Virus record (IMG/VR): IMGVR_UViG_3300029288_006769
Location: 58,367 to 122,366 of that record
Reading direction: 5' to 3' (one strand)
DNA length: 64,000 nucleotides
Source: a virus
Below the pieces are notes generated by a model. That model worked only from the letters and a program-made list of their open reading frames with translations, ran no database searches and was not told the origin of the DNA. Positions 8,206 through 17,697 of the stretch are shown piece by piece. Position 1 is the first letter of the stretch; the number at the start of each line of letters is the position of its first letter. A program made the translations under genes and the position numbers.

Positions 8206-9479
8206 AAAGTAAGTCCCATGTGAAGATCCTGTCTGTAAGCAGAAAAAGTATCTCTACAGATTTTAACCATTGAAGGATCACCTGTGTTTTTACCATAGTC
8301 ATCTGATAATTTGATTGCGGGAATTTCTAGACCCCCATAAAGTCTCGATACTAGCTTGATAACCATGTTCAAAGGCTCAAGCCCTGGAATATCATGAGAG
8401 AAATAAGTTCCAATACAATAATAGTTAATATCAGAGTTTCTTCCCATTGCTGTCAATTGCTGTTGAATTCTTATCGCTTTTTCGTCATTCAAAGAATCTG
8501 AGAAGAGCATTATTTTTGATTGATGTTGGATTCCCAATTCACTATAATGATGCATAAATTTAGTGGCAAAGTCTATTGGATTACCGCTATCTTGTCTGGG
8601 ACCATCAAAAAGCTTTGCCCATTTATACGTGAAGGAGTGCAAGAATGTGTCAGTAGTAAAAGTATCAGGCAGAACAATACCTAATTTTCCATTATAAACT
8701 TCATACCATTTTTCCATGGCAACAGTATTTGCATAGATGAATCCATAGATTGCAGCCATGAGAGAATAAAGTTCGTGAGCTTTTGTGCCAATTACAGGTA
8801 AATCATAAGTCATAGCAAAATATGGATTGCTTGTTCCCAAGAACTGAGAACGAATGCCAGGAATCGAAAGAAAGTCTTCAATAACTATTTGTTGATTTTG
8901 GAAAGAGTGACGTCTCCGAGTTCCCATGTCGACAAATTTAAGTCCATTATTGGAAAGATTCTTTGCTTTTTTGATATTGATCGCTTCCAGAATATCTCGA
9001 CAAGGAAATGGCATTTCTTGAAAAAATAATTCACTTATGGTTGCCATCAGAGGAACTTCCCAGAGAATTGTTCTGTGCCAGTAACCTTCAATTTCAAGCA
9101 TGATTCCGTCTTCGCCAATCGCGCCAACAGTTACTTCAGTCGGGTCATACCGATAGTTTTTCAGAAAATCAAGATAGACTCTATCGAAATAGGTACATTT
9201 TGTTTGAAGGAAAGCATATTCTGCTTCTTTGAGATAGAGCTCCCGCATTTGATCGATTTCTTCACTCAACTTCCTGACAAAAGTTCGGGATGTTGTGTCA
9301 CCAAACAACGCGAAGTTTCTCGGTTTCCGGATGAAAAGTTTGTATTTTACTCTTTCTCTGGGGAATAATTTCAACGCAAAATTCTGCATCGAAAATTTAT
9401 ATAAATCTGAGTCACATAGCGACGTAATTATTGTTTTTCTTTTTTCCATAATTATGATTTGCCCTTCTTTTTGAGACAA
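8199..9479 (-). CDS. Nicotinate/nicotinamide phosphoribosyltransferase (NAPRTase family, PncB/NadV-like)
   Basis: N-terminal SLCDSDLYKFSMQN matches the NAPRTase TDxYKxxM motif. GTSNPYFAMTYDLPVIGTKAHE matches the conserved GTSN...GT.AH active-site region. 426 aa. Confidence 0.75.
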   Translation of the reverse strand: MSQKEGQIIIMEKRKTIITSLCDSDLYKFSMQNFALKLFPRERVKYKLFIRKPRNFALFGDTTSRTFVRKLSEEIDQMRELYLKEAEYAFLQTKCTYFDRVYLDFLKNYRYDPTEVTVGAIGEDGIMLEIEGYWHRTILWEVPLMATISELFFQEMPFPCRDILEAINIKKAKNLSNNGLKFVDMGTRRRHSFQNQQIVIEDFLSIPGIRSQFLGTSNPYFAMTYDLPVIGTKAHELYSLMAAIYGFIYANTVAMEKWYEVYNGKLGIVLPDTFTTDTFLHSFTYKWAKLFDGPRQDSGNPIDFATKFMHHYSELGIQHQSKIMLFSDSLNDEKAIRIQQQLTAMGRNSDINYYCIGTYFSHDIPGLEPLNMVIKLVSRLYGGLEIPAIKLSDDYGKNTGDPSMVKICRDTFSAYRQDLHMGLTLC

Positions 9480-10185
9480 TCTTGTTAATTGTTTCTTGTG
9501 AAACTTTATGTCCTAACATCCCTTGCGAAATTTTTAACCTTGTTTCTAAAGACGCTTTTCTACCTGACATTATGGATTTTAATTTATTTTTTTGTTCTTG
9601 CGACATTATTTTACCTTTATTTTTCCCAATCATAGACTTTCGCATTTTTTCTTTTGTCGCATCTGACATAATTCTTTTCTTTCTTGATTTACTTAAATTT
9701 CTTCTATGTTCTTCTGAAAATTTAACTCCTTTTCTTGCTAGACTCATTTTCTTTTTTGTTTCGTCAGAGTGAGGACCTATTTTTTTTCCAGTTTTACTTT
9801 TACTAATTTTTAACTTTGACTCTTGAGAAAGAATTTTACCTGCTGGACCTTCTCCTCCATCTGTGAAATTTAATAAAGGCCCTTTCTTGCAATCTAACCT
9901 GCCAATTTGAGCTATTACTTCTTTTTCTAAGAGAAAAGCTTCATTTTCAAGTAACTCATCTTTAATTTTTAAAATAATAGGCTTGAGACCATTCTTATCA
10001 AGTTTTCTTATTTTATTGTTAAGATAACCGCTTTCAGTTTTAGAAACAGATGAACGTTGTTTGAAACGTTGTCCTTTACCTTTCCCAACATAAAAAGGTT
10101 CATTTGAAAACGAATATTCTCCATATTTGAACTCCCCATTTTTAGAAGGATCAAGATAAATATAAACATAAAAAATTTTATTCAT
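9412..10185 (-). CDS. GIY-YIG homing endonuclease with NUMOD-like DNA-binding repeats
   Basis: N-terminus IFYVYIYLDPSKNGEF...FYVGKGKGQR is a GIY-YIG core. The C-terminal half has repeated SxExKxKhS motifs (NUMOD3-like). Overlaps the 5' end of the NAPRTase gene. Confidence 0.75.
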   Translation of the reverse strand: MNKIFYVYIYLDPSKNGEFKYGEYSFSNEPFYVGKGKGQRFKQRSSVSKTESGYLNNKIRKLDKNGLKPIILKIKDELLENEAFLLEKEVIAQIGRLDCKKGPLLNFTDGGEGPAGKILSQESKLKISKSKTGKKIGPHSDETKKKMSLARKGVKFSEEHRRNLSKSRKKRIMSDATKEKMRKSMIGKNKGKIMSQEQKNKLKSIMSGRKASLETRLKISQGMLGHKVSQETINKIVSKRRANHNYGKKKNNNYVAM

Positions 10186-10561
10186 TTAAAATTGCAACTT
10201 CAACAGCTTGTATAAATTTAGGGTCTGGAATTATTTCGAAAGTAGCAGCCACAAGAATTGTTGGATCATAACTATTGCTGCTCGTAATAACAGCAGGTTT
10301 GAACATCTTTATCGGGCCACCGAGCCATGAGAAAACTCTCGTACCGTTATTAGATTTATATGAATCAACTTCTCCGAGGTCGTCTCCTGACAAAGGAACT
10401 TGCTTCAAAAGCTCAAGTGCATCAGGGGAGATGTCGACGAAATCTGCATTGACGACAAAGCCGAGTTGGCCTTTGTCTAAGGGTTTATTGAGAAGACCTT
10501 CTGCATTAACATTAGATTTAATTCCGATCCAACCTTTGTGGGCAAAAATTTGTGTTCTCAT
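10178..10561 (-). CDS. Hypothetical protein
   Basis: 127-aa ORF. Confidence 0.35.
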   Translation of the reverse strand: MRTQIFAHKGWIGIKSNVNAEGLLNKPLDKGQLGFVVNADFVDISPDALELLKQVPLSGDDLGEVDSYKSNNGTRVFSWLGGPIKMFKPAVITSSNSYDPTILVAATFEIIPDPKFIQAVEVAILNE

Positions 10562-10565
10562 TGTT

Positions 10566-11060
10566 TCACCATGAAGGATTGATTGAAGAAGAATAAAAAG
10601 GACCTTCTTCTATATCAAGAAGTTTTTTGATTTCATTTGAACGCTCTCTTTTACCTTTTTCAAAAGCTTCTACTTTCGACTTTTCAAGGAGAGCATATAC
10701 AGTTTCAACATCAAGTTGCTTTAACACACAAAAATCAATGTAATACTTGAGTTCACTTAATGGACATTTGCTTTCAATCATTGAAAGCAATTTTTTACCT
10801 TCAAATGTTTCTTTGTGGATCTTGCAATTTAAGCCGAAAATGCACTCATGAACCCAAAAACTTGTTTTATTTGAATAAATATCTTCATTACCTTCAATAT
10901 CGAAGTCCTTCATAGAACCAGTACCAAACGTACCGCCTTCGATATTGATAATAACTTCGCGTGTAGAAAGTACATTATTCATAAATAGCTTTAAAAAGAA
11001 TAGAGTATTCTTTGGAAGAAAAGTTCGATTGGGCTTCTTTGCGAGTTTTGCCAATACCAA
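10566..11060 (-). CDS. Hypothetical protein
   Basis: 164-aa ORF. Confidence 0.35.
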   Translation of the reverse strand: MVLAKLAKKPNRTFLPKNTLFFLKLFMNNVLSTREVIINIEGGTFGTGSMKDFDIEGNEDIYSNKTSFWVHECIFGLNCKIHKETFEGKKLLSMIESKCPLSELKYYIDFCVLKQLDVETVYALLEKSKVEAFEKGKRERSNEIKKLLDIEEGPFYSSSINPSW

Positions 11061-11153
11061 AGAACCCAGGAGAACTTCTTCTATAGCACTTGAAGTTCTC
11101 TCTTTCTTTTACCGTCACTATTTCGTTTACAGGTTTTTCTGTTATGTCCTTCA

Positions 11154-11468
11154 TTATTCCACCACGAGTTCACAGTTTACGCTAGATATTAACCCATTGA
11201 CATAAACCATAATGTCAAGTTCGCCTTTTTCTGAATGTACTAAAAGTGTTTCGGGCCAATTATGAACAACATATACTCTGGGCCGTTTTTCTTTGATTTC
11301 TTTGAGAACAGCAGCAACTTCAAAGTATTCACAAAATGTCAAACATTCGAGGCAGGCTTCAATGGACTGTTCCAAGAACCATTCTTTTGTTTTCTGTGGT
11401 ACTCCATCATTAATCATAACACGCCTCCCGGTAATGATTATATCTAATGGAGCTAAATAAACTACCAA
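11154..11468 (-). CDS. Hypothetical protein
   Basis: 104-aa ORF. Confidence 0.3.
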   Translation of the reverse strand: MVVYLAPLDIIITGRRVMINDGVPQKTKEWFLEQSIEACLECLTFCEYFEVAAVLKEIKEKRPRVYVVHNWPETLLVHSEKGELDIMVYVNGLISSVNCELVVE

Positions 11469-11518
11469 CTATTTTGCTCGAATATGCGTAGCCTATAGGA
11501 AAGTAGGAATGATATGTT

Positions 11519-11773
11519 CTATTGACCTTGGTCCTTGGGTGTGCTCGTCGGGACGCGAGCAGGCTTCTTTTGGGTTAAAGCCTGTGCTATAGAATTGAAC
11601 ATGGGAGTGCAACTTAGACAAATAGCTTGTACTATTTTGACAATACCTGAAACGATAATTAAGACAATCAATAAAGCCGATGAGAAAAATGCAAAGAAGA
11701 TAAGAACTTCTTGCCAAGTTGCCCCATCAATTATCATTTTGTTTGCAATGTCAAGCAGATTGATGTCCATCAA
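11519..11773 (-). CDS. Small membrane protein
   Basis: 84 aa with a central hydrophobic helix (VLIFFAFFSSALLIVLIIVSGIV). Confidence 0.3.
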   Translation of the reverse strand: MMDINLLDIANKMIIDGATWQEVLIFFAFFSSALLIVLIIVSGIVKIVQAICLSCTPMFNSIAQALTQKKPARVPTSTPKDQGQ

Positions 11774-12041
11774 AAAGTCCTTTTACTATTTCGACAATGT
11801 GATCGGGCATATAAACCTTGCCCTCAAAATTTTTTATGGGATAAGTATTGTTTCTAAATACAAAACCTAAACCGTCAGGGTGCAGGTAAATCCCATTATA
11901 GTCGTCAAACTTGACACATACGGAGTTGTTTTCAAAAACCAAGTGTTTCTTTTCAAGCAAATGTTGTTCTACACGCGCCCAAATTTTTTTGGTTACCCAC
12001 ACTTGCATTGATACTCCCATAAAAAAGAAGATGACGCACAC
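11751..12041 (-). CDS. Hypothetical protein
   Basis: 96-aa ORF. Confidence 0.3.
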   Translation of the reverse strand: MCVIFFFMGVSMQVWVTKKIWARVEQHLLEKKHLVFENNSVCVKFDDYNGIYLHPDGLGFVFRNNTYPIKNFEGKVYMPDHIVEIVKGLFDGHQSA

Positions 12042-12118
12042 ATGCCGGACGCTTCGGGGCCTACCCTAACGTAAGGACTTTTTAAGGCCGTCCATTTTAC
12101 GGTAATTGTGCGCCATCT

Positions 12119-13117
12119 TCATACCATGAGTTTTCTGCGTTTATTAGGCCGTTTGAAAAAGAATTGTCCCGTTAAACTATCAAAAAACCATCCTTGATCA
12201 TCAGTGTTATGTGTGAGTTGTAGATTCATATAATTTGTGTCGGCATCGAGGTTATCTGCAAATGCAACTATTTTTGCTTCTAACGTCATAGGAACTATAA
12301 CAGCAGACTGTTCTCTTTTGCCATGGTGGCTTAAAATTATATGCCCTACATCTTCGACAAGAGACTGATCTGTCTCTCCAACAATTGATCTAAATTTAAA
12401 ATAACTAAGTACAGTATGTTCGTGCAATCTTCCTATATCTGTCATTGTTGTCTTGAGTTGCGTGTAATTATAAGCATCTATTTTCCCGACATCATGAAAT
12501 AGAGCACCAATCAAGATCTTATTCAAGTCTATACCCTGATCTAAAGAAGATAGAATATAGAGTTGTTTTGCGAAATTGATGACAGAAAGCGTATGTTCAA
12601 GTAGCCCATGTTGATAAGCATGATGAACTGTACCCTTACCACCTGGCCATAATTTGAATTTGTCTAAAATATTTGATGACTCAAATTTTTCCCATGCTAG
12701 TTTGTAGGGGGCCAAAGATAAATTAGCTTCCATGATTCCTTTTATTTCTGTCCACATTTCTTCAGGATCTTTTGAAGCTATTTTCATTAAATCTTTCAAG
12801 TTGTAACTGTCAGCTTTTTTGATTTTTTCTACAACAACTTGCATTTTTTCGTTGTAGATGTTTGTTCTACCTTTGATTGTCACAACTTGTATGTCTTTGA
12901 GTTGTTCTGCTATACTTTCAGCATTATCCCAAAGTTTTGCCCAGACAATCCCTGTTTTGTCTGACAAACTGAAAGTAAGGAAATGGCCGTCTCGTTCGTT
13001 GAAAGGTTTGAGCTTTATGTCTGATAAAGCAAATGTCCCTTCGACAAGAACATTATTTTGCAGTTTTAAAATTTCAGTAACGTTCATTTTTTTAATCCTA
13101 ATCTTATTTGAATACAT
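12119..13117 (-). CDS. YhaM-like 3'-5' exonuclease (OB-fold + HD phosphohydrolase)
   Basis: N-terminal OB-fold-like segment followed by HD-domain motifs: H..H (HHAYQHGLLEH), LFHDVGKID, ILSHHG. Confidence 0.6.
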   Translation of the reverse strand: MYSNKIRIKKMNVTEILKLQNNVLVEGTFALSDIKLKPFNERDGHFLTFSLSDKTGIVWAKLWDNAESIAEQLKDIQVVTIKGRTNIYNEKMQVVVEKIKKADSYNLKDLMKIASKDPEEMWTEIKGIMEANLSLAPYKLAWEKFESSNILDKFKLWPGGKGTVHHAYQHGLLEHTLSVINFAKQLYILSSLDQGIDLNKILIGALFHDVGKIDAYNYTQLKTTMTDIGRLHEHTVLSYFKFRSIVGETDQSLVEDVGHIILSHHGKREQSAVIVPMTLEAKIVAFADNLDADTNYMNLQLTHNTDDQGWFFDSLTGQFFFKRPNKRRKLMV

Positions 13118-13183
13118 TTTCGATAATAAAAGTTAATGCTATTAGCACTATAGCGCTAATAATCCACTCTTTTAAAGACAACA

Positions 13184-13759
13184 TCAATCTTCTTTCTTCA
13201 AAAGACTTGCAAGGGCATCTTCAACTTGAGCTAAATTATGCCCTGTGTACCTTATCACCTGTTCATGTTTAAAATTTTCATTTGTCTTACTTGCGGGCAT
13301 AATGACTAAACCACGTGGTCTCCATTCGAGCCACCGCAATATATAATCAGGCCAGTCGTCGACTAAGACTTTACCATAGACTAAGTCTTTGTCGCGAGTA
13401 ATAGTAATGTCTGTATTTGTACCAAGGTTGCCGTCAATCCAGATTTTTTTGCCTGACCAAGCATTTGGGTTTCTCTTGGGTCCTGCTGTAAGGATCATTC
13501 TTCTAAAACCAAGATCATTGGTAAGTTCCCAGATATCAAACCCTAGTTGAAATTTGGGAAGTGTCGCCCACCATTCAACGGAACTACGTATTAGATCGAC
13601 TCTTTTTCTCAAATACAAAGGAGCGTCATCGTCAGGAACACGATCTATATATTGCTCTTGTGGACTGTTCAGATCATTCAAATCGGCAATCAATCTGCTC
13701 TCGTAGTCGCATAAAGTGCCGTCCATGTCAAAGAGGGCAATTCTTTCTTGTTCTTTCAT
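13184..13759 (-). CDS. HAD-superfamily phosphatase (nucleotidase/polynucleotide-phosphatase-like)
   Basis: HAD motif I FDMDGTLCDY near the N-terminus. 191 aa. Confidence 0.55.
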   Translation of the reverse strand: MKEQERIALFDMDGTLCDYESRLIADLNDLNSPQEQYIDRVPDDDAPLYLRKRVDLIRSSVEWWATLPKFQLGFDIWELTNDLGFRRMILTAGPKRNPNAWSGKKIWIDGNLGTNTDITITRDKDLVYGKVLVDDWPDYILRWLEWRPRGLVIMPASKTNENFKHEQVIRYTGHNLAQVEDALASLLKKED

Positions 13760-14010
13760 CTTGGCTTCCTTGGCGTAAACACACTTAATGACGGTGGTTT
13801 TCTGAAAACAATTTTTTTATTTGGGTCTTGAGAAGCTTCAAACATGATATCAAGCGAATTATAATATTTCGCTTTAAGTTTTTGTAACGTAAAAGAATCT
13901 AATCGAGCAAGGGCACTGTGAAGATCGTTTAGAGCTGCAACAATTGGAGGAATTCTTGTTTCGGTAAGTCCGACATCAGAAAGCTGTTGATAGAAATCTT
14001 TTGTTTTCAT
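13756..14010 (-). CDS. Hypothetical protein
   Basis: 84-aa ORF. Confidence 0.3.
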   Translation of the reverse strand: MKTKDFYQQLSDVGLTETRIPPIVAALNDLHSALARLDSFTLQKLKAKYYNSLDIMFEASQDPNKKIVFRKPPSLSVFTPRKPR

Positions 14011-14047
14011 ACTAGATTTCTATTTAAAAACTTGTTTGTTTGAAAAT

Positions 14048-14317
14048 TTATTTTTGGGTATTAGAAAACCAGATATGATCGAATTCAACTTGAGGTATTG
14101 CGACTGACTTCATGCATGCCGAGCACATACCAAAAGTTTTATCACATTCTGCTAAGTCAACTTCATCACAAGCAACACATTTGCCAGCTTCTAAATTCTT
14201 CCTGTAGTCCGCAAAGAAAGGTGAAGTAGATTTCTTTAAGTATTCTATTCCTTGCATAGTGCTTATGTTACTAATTGAAATTCTTTCCAGAAATCTGTTC
14301 CATTTACATTGCATCAA
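14048..14317 (-). CDS. Small zinc-binding protein
   Basis: CVACDEVDLAECDKTFGMCSACMKS cysteine cluster. Confidence 0.3.
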   Translation of the reverse strand: MMQCKWNRFLERISISNISTMQGIEYLKKSTSPFFADYRKNLEAGKCVACDEVDLAECDKTFGMCSACMKSVAIPQVEFDHIWFSNTQK

Positions 14318-14511
14318 ACCTCTTTTATTTTGTAAATTTGATACTGATCGTCTTTGGCCCTGTTTATTTCATCCCTGATTATGTTTCCAGCTCTGCGCAT
14401 TATTTCTGAATCTGTGGTATTAGAATTACAACGTATTTTAATGTGTATTTTTGCATTCCCCTCAAAATTTTCACTAAGAGTAAGAGATACAATTTTAATC
14501 ATAATTACTCC

Positions 14512-14880
14512 TTATATAAGTTCTGCGATTTGTCCCTGTTTTGGGAATATGACTGTAATACCACAGTCATGGCCCTGAAAAAATGCGCGTGTTATGCAAG
14601 CAGCTCCGTTTGGGATTTGAACTTCTTCATTTTCAGGTCGTTTCCAGGGAGCAAAATCTGGGACATTAAATATTTTTCCATTATCTAAACGGACAAATTT
14701 GTAGTAAGTTTTAGTTCCACCTTCCCAATTTGCATTCCATCCCGTGTCAACAGATTCTTTGTAGTCAAGATAGATTTTCCTACCCTTATAATCAGGATAG
14801 ACAAATCTAGCTATCTTGACAATTTCTGGGTGAGTTTTTTTCGTGACTTTCATAGGTATCTTATTCAAAGAAAAAAACAC
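14512..14880 (-). CDS. Hypothetical protein
   Basis: 122-aa ORF. Confidence 0.35.
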   Translation of the reverse strand: MFFSLNKIPMKVTKKTHPEIVKIARFVYPDYKGRKIYLDYKESVDTGWNANWEGGTKTYYKFVRLDNGKIFNVPDFAPWKRPENEEVQIPNGAACITRAFFQGHDCGITVIFPKQGQIAELI

Positions 14881-15337
14881 CTTGTTTATGAACCCAACGA
14901 TTCTTGGGTATAGCTTCAGTTCTACAAGAATAATTGAATTCTTTCAAAAGTTTTTCTCGATCCATTTCGATTGAATGATACCAGGGAGAAAAAATGCTCG
15001 AAATTCGATCTTTGTTTGCATCGATCACAGCTTGCACACCATCCTCACGCCAACATGAATCATGATGAGCAGCAAGCATCCAACATGTAGAACCTTTTGT
15101 ATAGAGTGTTTTACTATGTTTTAGACAAACGTGCCAGTCTTCTTTGACATAGACTGACACATAATTCTGGTGTCCATATAACAGAAGATTAAGATGTCTA
15201 AATCCTTCTTCTTTGGGATCCAAAGCAATATTAAAAACTACAACCATTGCTTGAGAAGGCGCTCTATACGCCTGTCCCCTGCCAAAGACTGTTTCAAATG
15301 TCTCGCAAATGATTTCACTTAGAATATTGTTTGACAT
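14861..15337 (-). CDS. Hypothetical protein
   Basis: 158-aa ORF. Confidence 0.35.
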   Translation of the reverse strand: MSNNILSEIICETFETVFGRGQAYRAPSQAMVVVFNIALDPKEEGFRHLNLLLYGHQNYVSVYVKEDWHVCLKHSKTLYTKGSTCWMLAAHHDSCWREDGVQAVIDANKDRISSIFSPWYHSIEMDREKLLKEFNYSCRTEAIPKNRWVHKQGVFFFE

Positions 15338-15343
15338 AGTACC

Positions 15344-15886
15344 TCAGTCATTTCTTATAGTGACTAGTTCATTACGCCCTATTGGATTTATACCTTTGCT
15401 CAGCAATTCTGCTGCGGCTTTGACAGCAAAACAATTGTCGCTTGAATGAATAGTTTTATAAAAAGTTAGAAGCTGTTCGGGAGCAACGACATGCCATCCG
15501 AAAATACTAGTTATTTGAAGATCTTTTCTAACAAAAAAGTCAATGATTAATTTTTTACCAGTTTGCATTGGTTTTTCATAACGTCGGAAATCGTCGTTGT
15601 CTTTAAGTCTGTCGAATCTTGTTGATACTCTTTCAAACCCTAGGGAATTTAAAATTGTTAGAACATATTGGATGTTATGTGGTAGAACAAAAATGTCGAC
15701 GTCTTTATGATCATGAGCATGTTTTAATTCGACATGATTGAGAGGAGACATGAAATGCCATGCCCAGCCACCTGAAAATACAACCAGTTCTTTTAGATAG
15801 ACCAGCTCTTTCAAATTGGCGATGAGAGTCGGGTCCCATACTTCACCGTATCGTTTTTTATCGTGTGGATCTGCCATAATGCCCAT
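15344..15886 (-). CDS. Hypothetical protein, possible minimal nucleotidyltransferase fold
   Basis: FSGGWAWHF...HKDVDIFV loosely fits the Pol-beta NTase hG[GS]...DxD pattern. Weak. Confidence 0.3.
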   Translation of the reverse strand: MGIMADPHDKKRYGEVWDPTLIANLKELVYLKELVVFSGGWAWHFMSPLNHVELKHAHDHKDVDIFVLPHNIQYVLTILNSLGFERVSTRFDRLKDNDDFRRYEKPMQTGKKLIIDFFVRKDLQITSIFGWHVVAPEQLLTFYKTIHSSDNCFAVKAAAELLSKGINPIGRNELVTIRND

Positions 15887-15915
15887 ATATCATTAATTTA
15901 GAACTAAGATGCCAA

Positions 15916-16344
15916 CTATTTATAAGCTGCTGCTTTTTGTTCATTCCATAATTGGAACAATGGATCTACAGGTTTTCTTGGTATCCAACAAGATTCCCAT
16001 TCTTCTTTAACAGTTTCGAGATACATATCAGTGTAATTGATGATAATTATAACATCATAAATATCGCCTACAATGACATTAAAATTTACTCTTAATTTGG
16101 CTCTGAATAAAGCACCAAAACCTGAGGGTCTGCCTTGTAAACTACAAGCATATTTGTCAGCTCTTTCTTGACATTCTGGGCTCCTACAACAGCCTGTAAC
16201 GTCTAAAAACTCGATATCGCTCGGGACTCTATCTCCAATTTTATATCTTTTGCACTGTTTCTCAAGTGCACTAAATTGAAATTCCATCATACTTTTTTGT
16301 CCGCAATATGGGCAATTAAATACAAGATAGATGTGATCGAACAT
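15916..16344 (-). CDS. Zinc-ribbon protein
   Basis: N-terminal CPYCGQ plus a downstream Cys cluster. Confidence 0.3.
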   Translation of the reverse strand: MFDHIYLVFNCPYCGQKSMMEFQFSALEKQCKRYKIGDRVPSDIEFLDVTGCCRSPECQERADKYACSLQGRPSGFGALFRAKLRVNFNVIVGDIYDVIIIINYTDMYLETVKEEWESCWIPRKPVDPLFQLWNEQKAAAYK

Positions 16345-16416
16345 AATACCTCTGTCTGTTTAGTTTTCTACGGTTTTTATATAACATTAAATCTAAACTT
16401 AAAAAAGGATTTGACA

Positions 16417-17697
16417 ATGCAACCTAGTTTTAGAAAATATTTCATGAAAAAAGCAAGTGAAACTCCTGATCCAAATGCAATTTGTTCTAAAGTTGATCCA
16501 GAGACTTGGAGCATATTTTCAGATATCTACAAAGATGAAAATGGTTTTAGACCGAGAATGCCTTTGACATGCAAAGAAGTCAATGAATGGCTCGACAAAA
16601 GAAGAAAACAAGCTGACAAAAAAGACAATTGGAAAGTCCCTTTTGCAGAATTACTTGATGGTACAAAGATCTTTATTGTTGATGGTGATTTTATAAGAGA
16701 CAATATCTATGTCGATTTTGTTCTTGGTGGTCATGGATATGTATATGATTTCGTCCCGAAAGATGAAATTTGGGTAGAACAGGTACAGGACCATAAAGAC
16801 GAACAATATAATCTTACTCACGAAATTATTGAGTATTTGCTCATGAAATTATGCGATAAAGATTACGACAGTGCCCATGAGTTCACTGCTCATGTAGAAG
16901 ATATCTTGAGGCGATATGACAACCAAAAAACTGTTTCGAAAGCTACAAAGTTTTTTCACATGCCTCAAGTTAGACAAAATACTGATAATACGTGTGGTGC
17001 TGCTTGTGCAAGTTCTATCATGGCTTATTACGGCAATGACATTGTTGAGTCTGATATTTCTAAAGCCATGAATACTACAGATGAGGGTGTTGATCCTGAT
17101 GCCATAATTGAGTATTTCAACAATAACAAACTGACTGCAACAAAAGAAGAACTTACACCAGAAACATTGAAGTCTCATATAGATGAGGATGTTCCTGTCA
17201 TTGTCGAACTGCAAGCATGGGGAGACAAAAATGATTACTCTAAAGATTATAAGAACGGGCATTATGTCGTGGCTATCGGATATGATGATAATGGATTCTT
17301 TTTCATGGATCCTTCTCAGTTTGGGTATACTTACCTTGAAACTGACGACTTGAACTCACGTTGGCATGACGAAAACAATGGCGAAAAAGATCAGAACCTT
17401 GGAATCATTGTCAAGGGAGAAAAACCAGACTTTACAATTGAAGACGCTAAAGTTATGGGAAGTAAAAGACCCAGTTCGTTAGAAGCTCAAATCAAAGAAC
17501 TAGATATTAAAAGAATCGTTCGCCGTGGTAATACAGCAATAACAATTTATTTCAAAACAAAACCGACAATAAATGTTTTAAAAAACTTAAGAGCTCCATA
17601 TGAAGTTTCTAAATCATATCCTGTCGATTGTTCCTATTTAAGTTTGCAATTCGAAACAGACGGTCAAGCTGAAGATTTTTTCAATAAAATAAAATGA
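16417..17697 (+). CDS. Peptidase C39-like papain-fold cysteine peptidase
   Basis: NTDNTCGAACASSIMAYYG (catalytic Cys region) and GHYVVAIGYDDNGFFFMDPS (His region) match the C39 family. The start is taken at the internal Met preceded by aaaaagga; the track start at 16276 overlaps the upstream minus-strand gene. Confidence 0.55.
   Translation: MQPSFRKYFMKKASETPDPNAICSKVDPETWSIFSDIYKDENGFRPRMPLTCKEVNEWLDKRRKQADKKDNWKVPFAELLDGTKIFIVDGDFIRDNIYVDFVLGGHGYVYDFVPKDEIWVEQVQDHKDEQYNLTHEIIEYLLMKLCDKDYDSAHEFTAHVEDILRRYDNQKTVSKATKFFHMPQVRQNTDNTCGAACASSIMAYYGNDIVESDISKAMNTTDEGVDPDAIIEYFNNNKLTATKEELTPETLKSHIDEDVPVIVELQAWGDKNDYSKDYKNGHYVVAIGYDDNGFFFMDPSQFGYTYLETDDLNSRWHDENNGEKDQNLGIIVKGEKPDFTIEDAKVMGSKRPSSLEAQIKELDIKRIVRRGNTAITIYFKTKPTINVLKNLRAPYEVSKSYPVDCSYLSLQFETDGQAEDFFNKIK

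Noticed and set aside
16849-17262. 137-aa minus-strand ORF inside the C39-like peptidase gene
   Set aside because: Lies within a plus-strand gene with clear catalytic motifs. No RBS.
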